64,000 nt of DNA from Lama guanicoe (GCA_013239625.1 MU053934.1:9135352-9199351); one strand, 5' to 3'. Counted from the stretch's first letter, positions 1-13,624 are shown. Notes: generated by a model not told the origin, from the sequence alone. Program-made: numbers and translations.

Positions 1-2427
1 CCTCCTGTGCTCAGAGGTAGGAGAGATGCGAGGAGGCCACCTTGGAGGAGGAGGCCTTTCCAGGAGGAGGGGCCATGAGCCTTGTCACCGCTGCTGGGAG
101 CCTAGTCAGATGAGGACCAAATATTCACCATCGGATTCAGTAGCGCCCAGGCCGTCCCAGTGGAGCGGGATGGAGGGAAGGCACACCAGACGGCACGCTG
201 GAGGCGGTGCTGGGAGCTCCTTCTGAAAGATGTGCCGTGAGTGGGAACAGAGAAACACTCAGGCCCATGGGACGGGTGCCGTGGTCACGGCACTGCGAGT
301 TTTTGCTTACTTTCCCACCGATTGTGAATTTCTAAAGGCAAGAGCCTACAGGGGGTTCATTTGTGCCATGCCTGCCGCACCCCCGTCACCCTGTTTGTCT
401 TTCTTTCTCACACACACCACCCCCCACATACACACCCCCTAGGATGCAGCCCCACTTGGCACCCAGGAGACTGCAGGAACACAGTCACCTGCTCGCTTCC
501 CGAGTCACCAAGGGGTTAACGTGCGCCCAGAGCAGTCTCTTGGCCTCTCCCAAGGTTCTCCTGGGGATCATCTGTGTCCAGAGTGATTTGTGACCCTCTT
601 AGAGCTGCTGTTAGGCACCTTTTGAAAAGCCTTTGATATCACCGGTACATTCATAAATTCTTCTTTTTTTTTTGAGAAAATGAAGTGTTTTAGCCAAACA
701 ACAGTAGAAGCACATTGTGCAAAATGAGGAAAAAAGAATCTGATGATGATATGAATCTTTCGACGGCCTCACCTGACAACCATAAATGAACAAAGGACCC
801 AGACACTCACTATCAGCCACTGTCACGGCCAGCGCCCCCGGACGCCCCAGGGTCGGGTGTTCTGCTGGGAACGGTCAATCCATGCCTGAGGCCGAGAGCC
901 CCACGTGTCGGGTCCCGATTGTCACAGTGGTCGTAAGCCCCCGGCCCTTGCCGTGTGCCAGGCACTCTTCCAGCAAGTGGTACAGACGCAGCATGTCACT
1001 TCCTCCTCATGCAGCCTGGTGGGTGACAGTCCCCGTTCTCCAGGTGAGGAGACTGAGGCACGGAGCGGGTTCCAGGCTCAGGGGGCACGGTGCAGGCGTG
1101 CACACAGCACGTGGGACTCGATGTGGCGTTCCTGCTGCCGTGCCCTTCCTGTGTGACCGTGGACAGGCCGGAGCCTTTCTCTTCCAGGTCTGACCCAGTC
1201 CTGAAATGTCTCTGCCTCTCTGGCAGCAGTGAACAGGGTACACAGAGTCGGTGCATAGTAAGTGTTCAGTCGCTGGCTGGTCAAACGATTCTCTTTCTGG
1301 GGATTCCGTGCTGGAAGGGCCTGTGCGGGGCCTCGGCCGGGGATAAAGGGAACTGAAGACTTGGGGCCTTCACGCTGCAGCCCCGCCCAGGAGGCCGTCT
1401 CTGTCCCAGGTTGGCTCATGCTTAGACTTCTTGGAAAGGAAAGAAGAAGTGATGGTTCTCACCCAAACTCGGCGTTTCCCCTCCTTCTGAGATCCAGCAG
1501 CGACCCCACGGCTCCAGGAAAGGGTCTTGGCTCCTCTGGGGCCACTCGGCCACTGCCTCCCCTGGTGGCCTCCAGCGCGTTCCCCGCCTCCTTGGTTCTC
1601 ACCCTCTCGGGAAAGCTGAGAACAGAAAGCCTCCTCGTGAACCCCTCCCTGAGGCCTGCTTCTCGCCAGGCCACCTTGTCCTTCAAAGTCCAGCTCCAGG
1701 CCAACTCCTTGGGGGAGCGTCCCGGGGGCCCTGCTGGGTCTGGGGGGAGCCTTTCCATTTAGTGCTACCAAAGCATCTTTGCTGACCTGTCCCGGCCTGT
1801 GCGCCTGTCACCTGTGTCTGCCTTCCCTGGGGGCCGGGAGCACCCGCTGTGGGCTCCCCAGCCTCCGCAGTCCGGGCTCCGTGCGCTCAGCTCAGCACTG
1901 GCGTGGGGTCCGGGGCGCCCAGGCTGCACTGCCCTGCGTGCCGGGCAGGCCTCCTAATCCCTTGGGGTCTAACTGCCTCTGGAGGACGTAGCGCAGCCTC
2001 GACGCCTGGAGAGCAGAGGTAGGACCTGTCTGCTGTCTCCAGTCTTTAATTCTAAGTCAGGCCAAGCTGGCAGATGTGCTCATCTCGCCCTCCCGTGGCC
2101 TTTGCTCACCTTGGGGGCTTGCGAGGGGTTTGGCGTGGCTGGAGCACAGACAGTGCTGAGAGACCAGGCTGGACGGGGCAGGGGTGCATCTCACCTGCTG
2201 GGGGCCAGGGGTTGGGGGACGGGGCGAGCAGGGCTCCAGGCAGAGCCACAGTGTGACCCCTCACGGGATTTGCGTTCTGGAAGGCTTGCTCTTGCCATGG
2301 TGGGAAGGTGCCTGGGGATGAGGAGGAAGGTGTGAGCATTCAGGTAGAAAGATGAGGCCTGAACTGAGGCCGGTGGGGTTGGGGGTGGAGCAGAGGAGAG
2401 TCTAGGGACTGAAAGGTAGAATTAGTC

Positions 2428-3143
2428 CTTTTTCATTGAAGTAGAGTTGATTTACAGTGTTATGTTAATTTCTGGTGGACAGCATGGTGATTCAGTTATA
2501 CATATATATTTTTTTCATTATAGATTATTACAAGATATTGAATATAGTTCCTTGTGCTATACAGTGGGACCTTGTTGTTTATCTATTTTATATATAGTAG
2601 TTTTTATCTGCTAATCCCAAACTCCTAATTTACCCCCCCACCCCCTTTCTCCCCTGGCAACCATAAGTTTGTTTTCTATGTCTGTGAGTCTGTTTCTGTT
2701 TCGTAAATAAATTGATTTGTGTCATTTTTTTAGATTCCACATATAAGTGATATCATATAATATTTGTCTTTCTCTGTCTGACTTAGTGTGGTAATCTCTA
2801 GGTCCGTCCATGTTGCTGCAAATGGCATTATTTCATTCTTTTTTATGGCTGAGTAGTATTCCATTATAGACATACACCACAACTTCTTTATCCAGTCATC
2901 TGTCGATGGACACTTAGGTTGCTTCCATGTCTTGACTATTGTAAACCGTGCTGTTATGAATCCTGAGGTGCATGTATCTTTTCAAATTAGAGTTTTCATC
3001 TTTTCTGGATATATGCCCAGGAGTGGGACTGCTGGATCATTTGGTAACTCTATTTTTAGTTTTTTAAGAACCCTCTATACTGTTTTCCATAGGGGCTGCA
3101 CCAATTTACATTCCCACCAACAGTGCAGGAGGGCTCCCTTTTC
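2428..3143 (-). mobile_element. LINE-1 3' end (artiodactyl-type 3'UTR plus ORF2 C-terminal remnant)
   Basis: TTGAAGTAGAGTTGATTTACA... tail end, GCTATACAGT…CCTTGTTG, CATGTTGCTGCAAATGGCATTATTTCATT, and antisense ORF2 remnant [14 protein letters not shown]. Confidence 0.9.
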
Positions 3144-6100
3144 AGAGTGAGTGGGTCTTGGTAGCAATCGAACAAGAGGGCTGGAAGCAAATGGCCTGTG
3201 GAGGATGACCCCACATGCCTGGCTGGGTGACCTGGGAGAAGGGCAGGGTTTGGGGGAGCAGGGTGAGTGGGGGTTCCAATTGCCCACCTGGGAGCATGTG
3301 GAGAGATGTGAGGGGGCTGATGGGTTTGGGGTGGGGAGGGACCCCAGCAGGTAGGTGCATGGGGGCTGATGCAGGCAGGAGGACACACAAAGGAAGAGGA
3401 AAGAATTTCTCCTCGTCCCCGGCACAGTCACACTTTCAGGGGCTTCCTAACAACAACGCACTGTGGGAATGTTTGTGACCGCGTCAGGGGAGGAATCTGA
3501 ATGGTGTAGTGCCAAGCTGACACTTCTTTTCATATTTCTCCCCAGGGGAAAGGTGGATCCTGGGGGTTGAGTCTTAGCCCGTCCGCACTGTCTGGTTTGG
3601 CTCCCGGCAGACCTGCGGAGGGAGTGTGTTTATAGTAATCAAGAAATCAGGATGATGCGTTCTGCTGAGGCATGTTGAGGGCCATTTGGTATTTTAAATA
3701 TGCAGCCCAGACACCTGTCCTCCTTCCTTCCAAGCTCCTCCCTGGGTGTTTTTCGGGGCAAGAAGAGAAGACAGGGTTTCAGGAACTCCTTTCCTTCACT
3801 GCCAATTACTGATGTGATTACCCTATAATTCCTTGCTGCGCTTTTTGCCTTTTATTTGAGTCAGCCAAGGGCAGTGTATTCTGGAAGTTTCCTCCACACC
3901 ACGTCACGCTGTGTGACGAGAGCAGACGCTGTGGCATGGAGGGAGCTGGGCGTCGGGGTCAGTGCCAGCTGATGGACGCCGTGCGCCGTGCGCCGTGCGC
4001 TGTGTGGCCTGGGAGGTCAAGCCCGCCGAGCCGCAGGCTACTCCCCAGTGGAAGGAAGGTGATAGTCCTTCCTCCGCAGAAGTGTGGGGGGGACTGGACG
4101 GAGCAGTGGCCACATGGGCCCCGCAATTTCCACTCCCCCACCCTGCTGTGGACCTCTTTCCCAGCCCACCAGTACTCGAGTTTTTTTGCTTTAGAAGTAC
4201 GGGAGTATTTCTTCACGTTCTTGATTTTGTCCTTTTTGCCTTTGGTCTGTGCTGTTAATCGTGGCCCGCAGAGAGCGGGGTTTTCATCGAGGAGTATTCA
4301 CTGAGATCTGCGTGGCAGTTTGCTTCTCTGCCCGGCCCGCTAGTGTTTGGCGAGACACCGAGGATCTCCTCTGAGCTCCTGGGTTCTCTGTCTCAGTGCC
4401 TTGTCCGCACAGGCTCACACTTCCCCTCCCACTCTGCGCGTGGCTCTGCGTGGCGGCCACCAGGCCAGACAGCGACACCTGGCTCTCATGTCTCCCCTTC
4501 CTCCTTCCACATGGTCAGCGCCTGAAAACCCGATGACCTTTGTCTGTCATCCATTCCTTCCCAGCGCTTTCATTTCTGGGTAATAATTCTCAACTTGATA
4601 ACCTGTGCTTACTGCTTGGTCTTTAGTTTAGTCTCATGCGGCAGTTTGGTTGAGTGCCTCCTGTGTGTCAGGTCCTCAGTAGGACCAAGGGTGTGCTATG
4701 GTCCAGGAACCAGAGGCACAGGAGTGAGCAGGAGAGCCAGTGCCGCTGGCCTCTGGCCTCACAATTGCAGTGGGGAGACTGGTGACAACCAAGAAGGCAA
4801 ACAACTCTACAACCTGATCTCAGCCAGTGATCGCACCTCGTTCGTTTTATGACACAGACGTGACAGTCTTACCTCTGCCTTTTCTAACTCAAGTGATCTC
4901 TGTCTTTTGAAAAGCGCGGCTAATTTTCACTGGTGCGAGGTATCAGGCAGTCTCTTGATTTATCATCTTGTTTGTAAAATACCCTCTGACAACCCTTGTC
5001 CACGCCGTCACACTGTCGGCGAGAATCACAGGCCTGTTGAGTCGGGGGCTGACCGCCAGGAAGACGGTGACTTGTACAGGGTCACACGGCTGGTGAGGAA
5101 CAAGCTTAGGTACCCAAGGCTGTGACTCCAGGGCTCCTCACAGACGAGTGTCTCGTGGCGGAACCAGAGGACTCCTGCAGTCAGCCTTGTGGCTGGTTTT
5201 CATCCTTTCAAACAACTGATGGTCAATCAGTTGCAACCTCAAGCAGCAGAAGCTTGAGGCTGGCGTCAGGGGCCCGGAATCCAGACCACAGACCCCAAGA
5301 GGCGACAGAGGTCTGTCACTGGACTCAGTGCCCCGTGTTCAGGCTCCTGTATCCCCGGCACATCAGCTGCAATTTACAAAGCAGAGACAAGACATGAAGG
5401 TGAAATGCCTGAGGGGACCTACATTTTTCAAAGGGAAAAAAAGGCTTAATTATATCTTTAAGAGGCACAGACGCGCCGAGGAATACCAGCAGTGTCTGAG
5501 ACCCCAAGCAGAAATGCCAAGGATGAGGATTTGGAAGATTAACACAGTTGAACTCAGCATCGTGGCCTTTTTTTTCCCCCCTGGGGCTCTTGAAAGGGAG
5601 GGAGGTAAACACCCCAGCAGGTGAGATGGACAAGGCAGGTGTGATGGAGACGTGTCTCTCCTCTGTCCTGCATTTTGCTGCTGGAATGTTCATTCCACAT
5701 CAAGCTGCTCTCGCTCAGAGCCTTCAGGACAAAACTTTGTCTTCCTTCCTAGGTTGTAGGGCCCTCAAGGATCCTTCCTTCCTTCCTCTGCTTCCATCTC
5801 ACTCAATAGTCGTAATGGGGCTCCCGCTAGGTCCTGCCCCAGACCCTGGGCTGGGGACAGTGGGACAGCAATAAACACAATGCAGACCCTGCCCCTGACG
5901 GGGGAGCCCTCCAGCACTGGGCAGATGGGGTGGGACAGCCGAGGGGACCAGGTGGCCCCGAGTGGGGCTGGGGAGGCTTCACAAAAGAGAATATAGGCAG
6001 TCGAGCGGGTCCCCAGTGCCTGGCACACCGCAAATGCCAACCACACGTCTGCAGTTGAGGGACGATGGAACTGGACCCCTGGTGGAGGTGCACTTTCTAA

Positions 6101-6486
6101 TACTTGTGATGCCACATACGGGCGGCAAGTGTTTCCCTTCTTCCCTTCTTTGTTTCCCTGCACAGGGACGTTGGTGGTGGTGAGAGAACATGGGTCTAGA
6201 ATCGGTGGTGGGAGGAAGCTAGGAGACTGCTGACCTGGATTCCCGGTTCTGTGAGCCTGACCAGGTGTGACGTCACTGCAGAAGCCCTGCACCACCTCCT
6301 TAGCCTCATCAGCCTGTCTTGCCCCAAGATTACACTGTTCCCAGAACTGGCCCAAACCTTTGTATTTTGACCATTGCACGTGTCCTGCCTGCCTCTTTAG
6401 TTCCTACTTAGTCTTCAAAATCCAATTTAAAGTCACTCCTTTGGTAGAATTTTCCTTAAACCTCCCCTCTGCAAAATAGCCTCTAT

Positions 6487-6554
6487 TGGATGGATAGATG
6501 GCTGGATGGCTGGATGGGTAGATGATGGATGGATGGATGGATGGATGGATGGAT
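6487..6554. repeat. (TGGA)n tetranucleotide microsatellite
   Basis: Directly visible GGATGGAT runs, probably at an L2 3' end. Confidence 0.9.
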
Positions 6555-7439
6555 GTGTACAAAAGATATGAAGAAAGAAGTGATATCAGGAGAAAGTCTG
6601 GGTTCAGAAAAGGTGAGGACAAGGAGGTGGAACTCAAGCTTGAACTAACCTGGGAATAAAGGGAGCGTGTTCACGTGAACCAGAGCTCCTGGGGAGTGTG
6701 GCTAGGCTGAAGAAGTAGTGGTCAGTTCCACCGAATGGGCATGGCCTAGGAAGGAAGCCCTGGGTTGCCTAGGGTTATGGATAGAGTTGGAGACTCAATG
6801 TGGACTTCAGGTCAGAGGAGAGGGACAGAGAAGCTGCTCGTGGAGGGGTGGGAAGGGAGGCACATTCCCTGAGCACCTGCTGTGCGCTCACATACTATGT
6901 CTTGTGTAGCCTTTGCCGCATGCCTATTTCTTCCGCCTTAATCGTCTTTCTTGTTAAATGCAAAGATCCCAAGAAAGTCCAGCCCGGAATGTGACCTGCA
7001 TCTGACATCTAGCCTTGCGCCTCCTCCACCCCTTCTCAATGCCCTTTCCACCAGCGCGGCCCTTTGCTTCCTCTGGAGCTTCATTTACCTCGGTTCTTAG
7101 TTGCTGACACTGGGAACAGTTAGCCAACAGCAGGGAGTTCTGGTCTTCGGCCATCGTGGACGCTAACCCTCTTGAACTGCTCTGACATGACACACTTACA
7201 TACCTTTTCTACATATCCAGAGCCTTCCTTGCTCATGCATTTTTAAGTCAATTCAATAAAAATATTAGGCACTTGCTCTATTTTTCAATCATAAGAATTC
7301 AGCTGTACTTTAACTGAAAGTCAGTTCACATTTCAATGCTGGGAAGCTTTTCAATGTCCAGCAGTCATTTCTGAGGGAGACAAAGCAAGATGGACCTGTG
7401 ATGATTTTGTTTCTGATTTTGAAGTTTGCTGGGGGTTTT

Positions 7440-7760
7440 TTTCTTTTTTAAAAAATTTTTATTGAAGTGTAGTTGATTTACAATGTTAGTTTCAAGTGTA
7501 CAGCAAAGTGATTCAGTTATACAGATTCATATGTATATTTTTTCAGATTCTTTTCCATTATGTTATTAAAAGGATTGAATATAGTTCCCTGTGCTATATA
7601 GTAGGACCTTGTTGTTTATCTATTTTATATATAGTAACATGTGTCTGTTAATCCCCATCCCCTGATTTATCCCTTCCACCCCTTCCCATTGGTAACCATA
7701 GTTTGTTTTCTATGTCCATGAGTCTGTTTTTGGTTTGTAAATAGAATTTGTATCATTTTT
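7440..7760 (-). mobile_element. LINE-1 3'UTR fragment
   Basis: Same L1 3' end sequence as at 2428 (TTTATTGAAGTGTAGTTGATTTACAATG...). Confidence 0.85.
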
Positions 7761-8159
7761 GAAGGTAGCTGGTTTTAATCCGTGTTTCACAGAAGAGGAA
7801 ATAGAAATGCAGGAAGGTTAAATAACTAACGTGGGGCTCATCCTACTGACCCAGGTCAGTCGGACTCGAGCCCTGTGTCCCATAAAGCTGTGGGTCTCAG
7901 AGTCCAGCTAGAATGACCGTGTGCAGCTTCCTGTCCCCCAGCTCAGCTCACTGCAGCTGCACTCTCCCTTTCTTCTCTGTCCCCAGACCAAGCCCACGAA
8001 GGGCAGCCCATCATTCTCTCTACCAATTTCCTTAGCCCAGTGCCCGGCACACGCAGGTGGGCCCAGAAACTTCTGTGGGTCTAAATTGCGGATGCTATCC
8101 AAGCGCCCACAGGCAGCAAAAAATCTTTATTTAAATATGCATGTGTGGGATGGGATCAT

Positions 8160-8568
8160 TTTATAATATTTTGTACTGTTTATACTTTATATATAAATGT
8201 ATAATAATATACTTAATATATTAATATATAAATAGTATTTTCTATAAATTTATATATTTATATATAAATTATACTTTCTATAATATAGTTCCTATAAATT
8301 TATATAAATATGTTTATATATTTATATAGATACGTAAGTATTTCTATAAAAGAAGATATACAGGTATATGCAGAAGTTTATTAAATATCAAATTAATATA
8401 TATTTTATTTGTAATAGTATTGTGTATAAATTAGATTCTTGATCTATTTTAAATAAGTTTATTTTTTCTATTATATGGTTATAATAGATTTCATAATTAT
8501 ACCATATATTTACATATCATATTAATTTATGATATTTAGTAATATAACAATATATAGAAATAACTATA
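8160..8568. repeat. AT-rich low-complexity (TA-rich) tract
   Basis: About 400 bp of almost only A/T with TATA/ATAAAT-type motifs. Confidence 0.85.
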
Positions 8569-11215
8569 TCCGATGGTAGCTTGCAGAAGCGTCCCCTGCA
8601 CCTCTGTGGGTCCTCTGTCCTAGAATAGTTCCCAGGCTCACCCAGCCGCTCACCGCTTTCGCTTTCGTTCGCGCACCCCGAGCCCCTCCTGGCCCCGCCC
8701 CTCCTGGCCCCGCCCCTGGGGTGGGTGGAGTCAGCAGGTAACCGAGGCCCCACTGAGGCTGGTGGGAGCCAGTGCTGGTCTCCGGCCTGGGGAGAGGAGA
8801 GGGTGACGCTGGTGGGAGGACTGCGGGGACAGGAGAGCATGCGGCCGTGCTCACCGCAGGGGCCACGCAGACCCGGCCGGACTGTGCCCAGGGAGGGGCA
8901 GGCAGGAGTGACCTGGTTATCAGGCGCCGCTGGCAAGCCGAGGGTGCTGACAAGCCCACGTCTGTAGCCGGGAGCTGAAGATGTTCGTGATGTTCGAACA
9001 GGACAAAGCTGCGATGTCATCGCCAGGTGGGGACAGAGAAAGGGTGCTGACAGCCCGCAGAAGCCTGCGCTCACCTCTCCATCGGAGCTGAAGCCCTCGT
9101 TTGCTCAGAACAGCCTGGAATCCACCCCGCTGCGGGGCATTTCACTCTGAAACAGAAGCCCAGGGAGTGAAGAGGAGGATGTCGTGCCCCAATTCCCCTT
9201 CTGAGCGTGAACGTGGTGGTCCTGCCTGGGAACTGGCTGCAGGAGCAAAAGGCCTTCGTGCCCCTTTAGTCTGCCTCAGAGCCCTCGCTGCATGCCGGAC
9301 GGGTGCCACGGGTCTGCCTATGCTGCCCTGTACACATTTCCCAAGTCTGCAGCGGGGCTATTTGTAAAAACTAGACTGGAATCAGCCATTTGATGCAGGA
9401 AACAATTGGGAGCTATTTCTCAGTAAGTGAGTGAGGAGCTGCAGGCTCCGAGGTGTTCCTGGTGGGCATCCTGGTGGTGGTGTGCCAGAACCATGGACTC
9501 TTTTCAACCTTGACTTCAGTGACGTCATGTGGGGAGCCTGAAATCGGCTGTGGAAATTGTCAGATGGTATAACCAGGCAGCCAACTGTTCCAGCCCAGCC
9601 CTGCACCACATGACTGTGGGGAAGTCCTAATATCAAAGTGGTTGGGATGCAGGAGAGACCCTGGAGTCGTCCATCCCTAAATGTCAACAGCTACTGGTGA
9701 CACCTGCTCTGTGCCAGGGACACAGGGAGGGGCACTTCCTCCAAGAAGCCTTTCCTGACTCCCCCAGCCTTCCTTCCTTACATCCATTCTCGTGCCTGCT
9801 GGACAAGATACAGGTATCTATCAGAGCCTGCACTCACCTAGATCCTCCACTCGCTTTGAAACCAGGATTCTATCAGTTTTCTCTGTGTCACCACTCCTGG
9901 TCCCTGTTGAATGTGTGACTGAATGTAGAGCTGAAGAGCTGAGCCCGCCGGTCTGGTGGGGAGGTGGCCCCGCACACACCTGGAGCTCACACCTCAGCAG
10001 ACGCTGTGCTGGGGTATCTGGACCATGCAGCGCAGAAGCTCAGGGACACATGTCATCATTTGCTCGCTGAGGAATCTGAAGCCCAGAAAGAGTGGTGGCC
10101 TTGTCTTAGTCCAGTCAGAATGGTAGCACTCACCCGAGCCTCACCCGTCTCATCCCAGACACAGGAGCGTCCTCTCCATGAGCCTTTGGGCAGGTGCCCT
10201 GCATAGGCAGGCAGCGCCAGCAGGGTCTAGCCTGGAGACGTGGAGCTGCCAGGCGCAGGTTTAGGGAGAGTTACGGGATCCACTCTAACCCAATCTGTTT
10301 CCCTACGAATCTGCAGAACGCCTGGGGCGGCTCCCTCTCCCACCCTGACCAAGCTGAGCTTGTCCGCCCTGCAGCCTTGGCAGGTGAGGCCATGGAGGCC
10401 TCTTCCTGCTGCCTACCCAGGTCCAGGCAGAACTCTATGCCACCCCCAGCAGCTTCACACAGCAGGTTTCTGCTTCCCCAGAGGGGACACCTGTCACCCC
10501 TCTGCCACCTGTCCTCCTGATTTCCCTGACCCATTGCCGCTGGTCTGGCTGGACCTGAGCCACTTCTTGCTCACCTGTTAGCATGAACACTGAATGATGA
10601 GCTCACGTGTCACCCTTTTAAAAAGAGGTGTGGAGAGTGCGGGGTATGTCCCCTAGGGAATCGGGATATCTGTGCTTGGGTAGAGTTTCCAGGACCCCTC
10701 TACAATCCTCCGTAGGAGTGATTCACAGAAGAGGATCACACTTGTTTTGTTTCTTCCCAAGGGTCAGAACTGGGCATAGTGGGTAGGAGGGAGGGGGACA
10801 GGTGTCCACTGGGCATCTATACCAGGCCAGGCCCTTTATCTAGGCTCTTAGATCCTCTGTCAGGTAGGTGATGGTCGGGGACGAAACCTGGGCTCAGAGA
10901 GAACAGGGGCTGGCATTGCCCCTCAGCCATCTGACTCCAAAGCCCACACACACAGGCTCCCCCACAGTCTGAGCTGCACACAGTGAAAGGTTGCAGCCAG
11001 CTCACCATCACTCGTCCCTAGAGGTGGCAGCAGAGCCCAGGGGACCACTTGGAGGGAGAAGCCAGGCGGGAGACTCAAGCATCTGGCTCAGGTGGGACCT
11101 GACGTGGTCTCAGGCCTTCCCCAGCTCTGAAATTCCTGGAGGGGAAATATTTCCCACATCTCCACGTTGCTTCATTCCCTGCTAACTTCCAGAACACCCT
11201 CTGCTCTCTCCCCAG

Positions 11216-11355
11216 GTGTCGTGCGCCAGGTGCGGCCCATTGTGGGCCCGTTTCACGCTGTCCTGAAGCTGGAGATGAACTATGTGGTCGGGGGTGTGGT
11301 GTCCCACCGAAATGTCGTCAACGTCCACATCTTCGTCTCTGAGTACTGGTTCTGA
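11216..11355 (+). CDS. FBLN1: Fibulin-1 isoform D, terminal coding exon (C-terminal domain III)
   Basis: Branch-point-like CTAAC (11182-11186), pyrimidine tract and CCCAG acceptor ending 11215. The phase-1 exon translates (G)[48 protein letters not shown], recognised as the fibulin-1D C-terminus. Synteny with downstream ATXN10 agrees. Confidence 0.96.
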
Positions 11356-12045
11356 GGGCTGGTGCGCAGTGCAGCCAAGTCTGTGCCTCCAGGCCAAGTC
11401 ATTGCTGATAACGCCTGTGTCCTGCCCCTGTTTGTACCACCCAGACATACCTTGATTTTAAGCATTTGTTTGTAGTGTTAGGCTGATGTGTATTAACCTG
11501 GGCCAGATGCGTAAGTCCAGCTGATGTATTTTGGTGTTTGAATAATGAGTCCAATTACTTAACTGTTTGGTTGAAAACCTTGCTTATTTTTTTAATGCAA
11601 AAGTTAGATTTTGCTCCCTTTTTCTGCCTGGGGACTGGGCATTTTGCTAAGGACCAAGGGGAAAAAAAGACATTTTTCAGGGGGCAGCTAGTCCAAATGC
11701 CAAGGGAAGACCAGTTCTTGCCCTGATTTTATGAAGCTGAACATTTGGTACTTTTTTTTTTTTTTTGCCAGTCAGAGTTTGTACGTGCAATTCTAAGGAC
11801 ATGGCTGCCAAAGAATAGCATGTATGACAAATTCTGCTCAGAATCAGCGTGCCACAGTGCCTCGGGGAGCAGTTAGAAGGTGAATTACTGCTCTGCGGAA
11901 ACAGAAAAATCCCTCAGTAAAGACACAGCCCATTAGGTTTGTGTGCAGCTCCAGTGTGTTCATCAGGGGAATGGCTGGGTCTTCTGCACCTGCATCCACC
12001 TGTTATCATAGGTGGGGGAATAAACTGCTCTGTGATCCTCCTGAT
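11356..12045 (+). other. FBLN1: FBLN1 isoform D 3'UTR
   Basis: Follows the stop codon, is repeat-free with U-rich stretches, and ends shortly after AATAAA at 12019-12024. The exact cleavage site is inferred. Confidence 0.75.
12019..12024 (+). terminator. FBLN1: Polyadenylation signal AATAAA of FBLN1D
   Basis: First canonical AATAAA seen after the stop codon, about 660 nt downstream. Confidence 0.75.
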
Positions 12046-12303
12046 GGCCTGTGCAAGGGAGTCTTTCAAGACAGGGTCTCCCCACCAGCACAGGGCCTGG
12101 GAATGTTCCCCGAAGCCTTCTCAGAGACCCTTCTGCCTCTGGGGTGGGGCCCAGTGTGTGTGTTGGAAAAGCGGCCAACCCACATCATTTCTGACAGCAT
12201 GCCCGCCCCCTGAGGAGCTTGGCTCAAGCACCTTCTATGCCCCACACTCAGCCCAGCAGGCACGTCTCTGAGCTCCGTTGACGAGGTCCCTCGTGGGTGT
12301 TCT

Positions 12304-12491
12304 TTTTTTTTTTAATTTTTTAAACACGATTTTTTTTCTTTTTCTTTTTCTTTTTCTTTTTCTTTTTCTTTTTGCTGGGGAGGGGGAGGCAATTAGGCTA
12401 ATTTATTTACTTGTTTATTATTATATTTTAATGGATCCAGGACCTTGTGCATGCTAAACATGCACTCTACCACTGAGCTATACCCTCCCCC
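12304..12491 (-). mobile_element. tRNA-Ala-derived camelid SINE (Vic-1-like), internally deleted
   Basis: Poly-T tail, GGGGGAGGCAATTAGG, CCAGGACCTTGTGCATGCTAAACATGCACTCTACCACTGAGCTATACCCTCCCC. CpG-decayed TSD (…TCGTGGGTGTTCT / …TTATGGGCATTCT). Confidence 0.85.
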
Positions 12492-13624
12492 TCCTTATGG
12501 GCATTCTGATCCCCTCTAGAAGGTTCTGGGGGGAAATAATGGTTCCCTGCAGCAGGAAAGAGAGATGGCCCCAGTGCACCGAATCCCGGCGCACTAGGCA
12601 GGTGGTGCTTCATTTATTCCTCCCGGCAACCCAGCCAGGTGGGCGAGATCAGGCCTGATTTTGAGATGAGCAGACTGGGCTCAGAAGGAGAAACTCAGCT
12701 GCCCCAAATCATGCAACTTTCTAGAGAGAAAAAGGGATTTACATTCAGTTTTTCATACTCCAAACTCCGTTCGTGTCTAAAACCCTGTGTCAGATGAGAC
12801 ATGGACAGACTGGACTTTGGGGTTTCCCGCCACCACCTTCAGCATGGACGGGGGGCCAGGAGCACCCTACACTCCAAAGCCTGCTTGGACCTGCAGGGAT
12901 TCAGCATCCACACCCTTCATTTCAATACACACCTGTCCTCCAAATCCTGCCCTGAGTTTATCCCATCTTCTTAGGCATCCCATTCGTGCTGCAGCTCACC
13001 TGAGCAGCCTGGACCCTGGAACTAGCTGAGCTCTGGGCCCCTTACATGGGACTTCACACTCGCTGGGACTGGGACTTCAGTGTGCCTGGTGTTCTGGTCA
13101 TTCAAGCCAGCCCTGCTCCAATTCTGTGGAATCTTTGGGACTCCCAGCATTTCTTAGGTCACTCCTTTGGGGCACTCGTCCATCAGAGGCAGGCCCGGGC
13201 CAGCCTGTCACAAGGTCTGCTGGGGCGTGGGCATCTTGAGCTGGCGGGACAGGGAAGAATCACTGTGGGGCTGGACTGTTCTGGGAGTCAGGTCCAGGGA
13301 GGAGGAGAGTGAAGGGGACATCTGAGCCGCTCTCGATGCCAATGAATTGGGGTCTTGGCAGGGAAGGGGAGGGTGCCTGGGGTCTGACCACAGGAATGGA
13401 AGCCTCAGTAAAAGGGGCAGGAAATGCGGAGCCTGCATAGGGTTCTGGTTTCCCACCTACAGCCTGCAGTCTGCAGAACCCAGTCCAACGCCCAGGCCGT
13501 TGGAGGGGGAGCTTCCTGGAAGCCTCCTCCTTCCCGAGGCCTGGGTGGAGCCCGTGGAAAGACGTTAGTGCCGACTCCTGGGAAAAGGCCTTTCCCGTGC
13601 TTTCAATAGGGGTTAGGATGAGAG

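Larger units (their letters stand above)
1..11215 (+). other. FBLN1: Distal part of the last intron of FBLN1 isoform D
   Basis: Ends at the acceptor of the terminal exon. I found no upstream fibulin-1D exon (…FDIIKRYMDGMTV) in the window. Confidence 0.75.

Noticed and set aside
726..764. EEK..ESDDDM-like stretch resembling the acidic ribosomal P-protein C-terminus
   Set aside because: Only ~6 matching residues, no GFGLFD and no upstream homology. Treated as coincidence.
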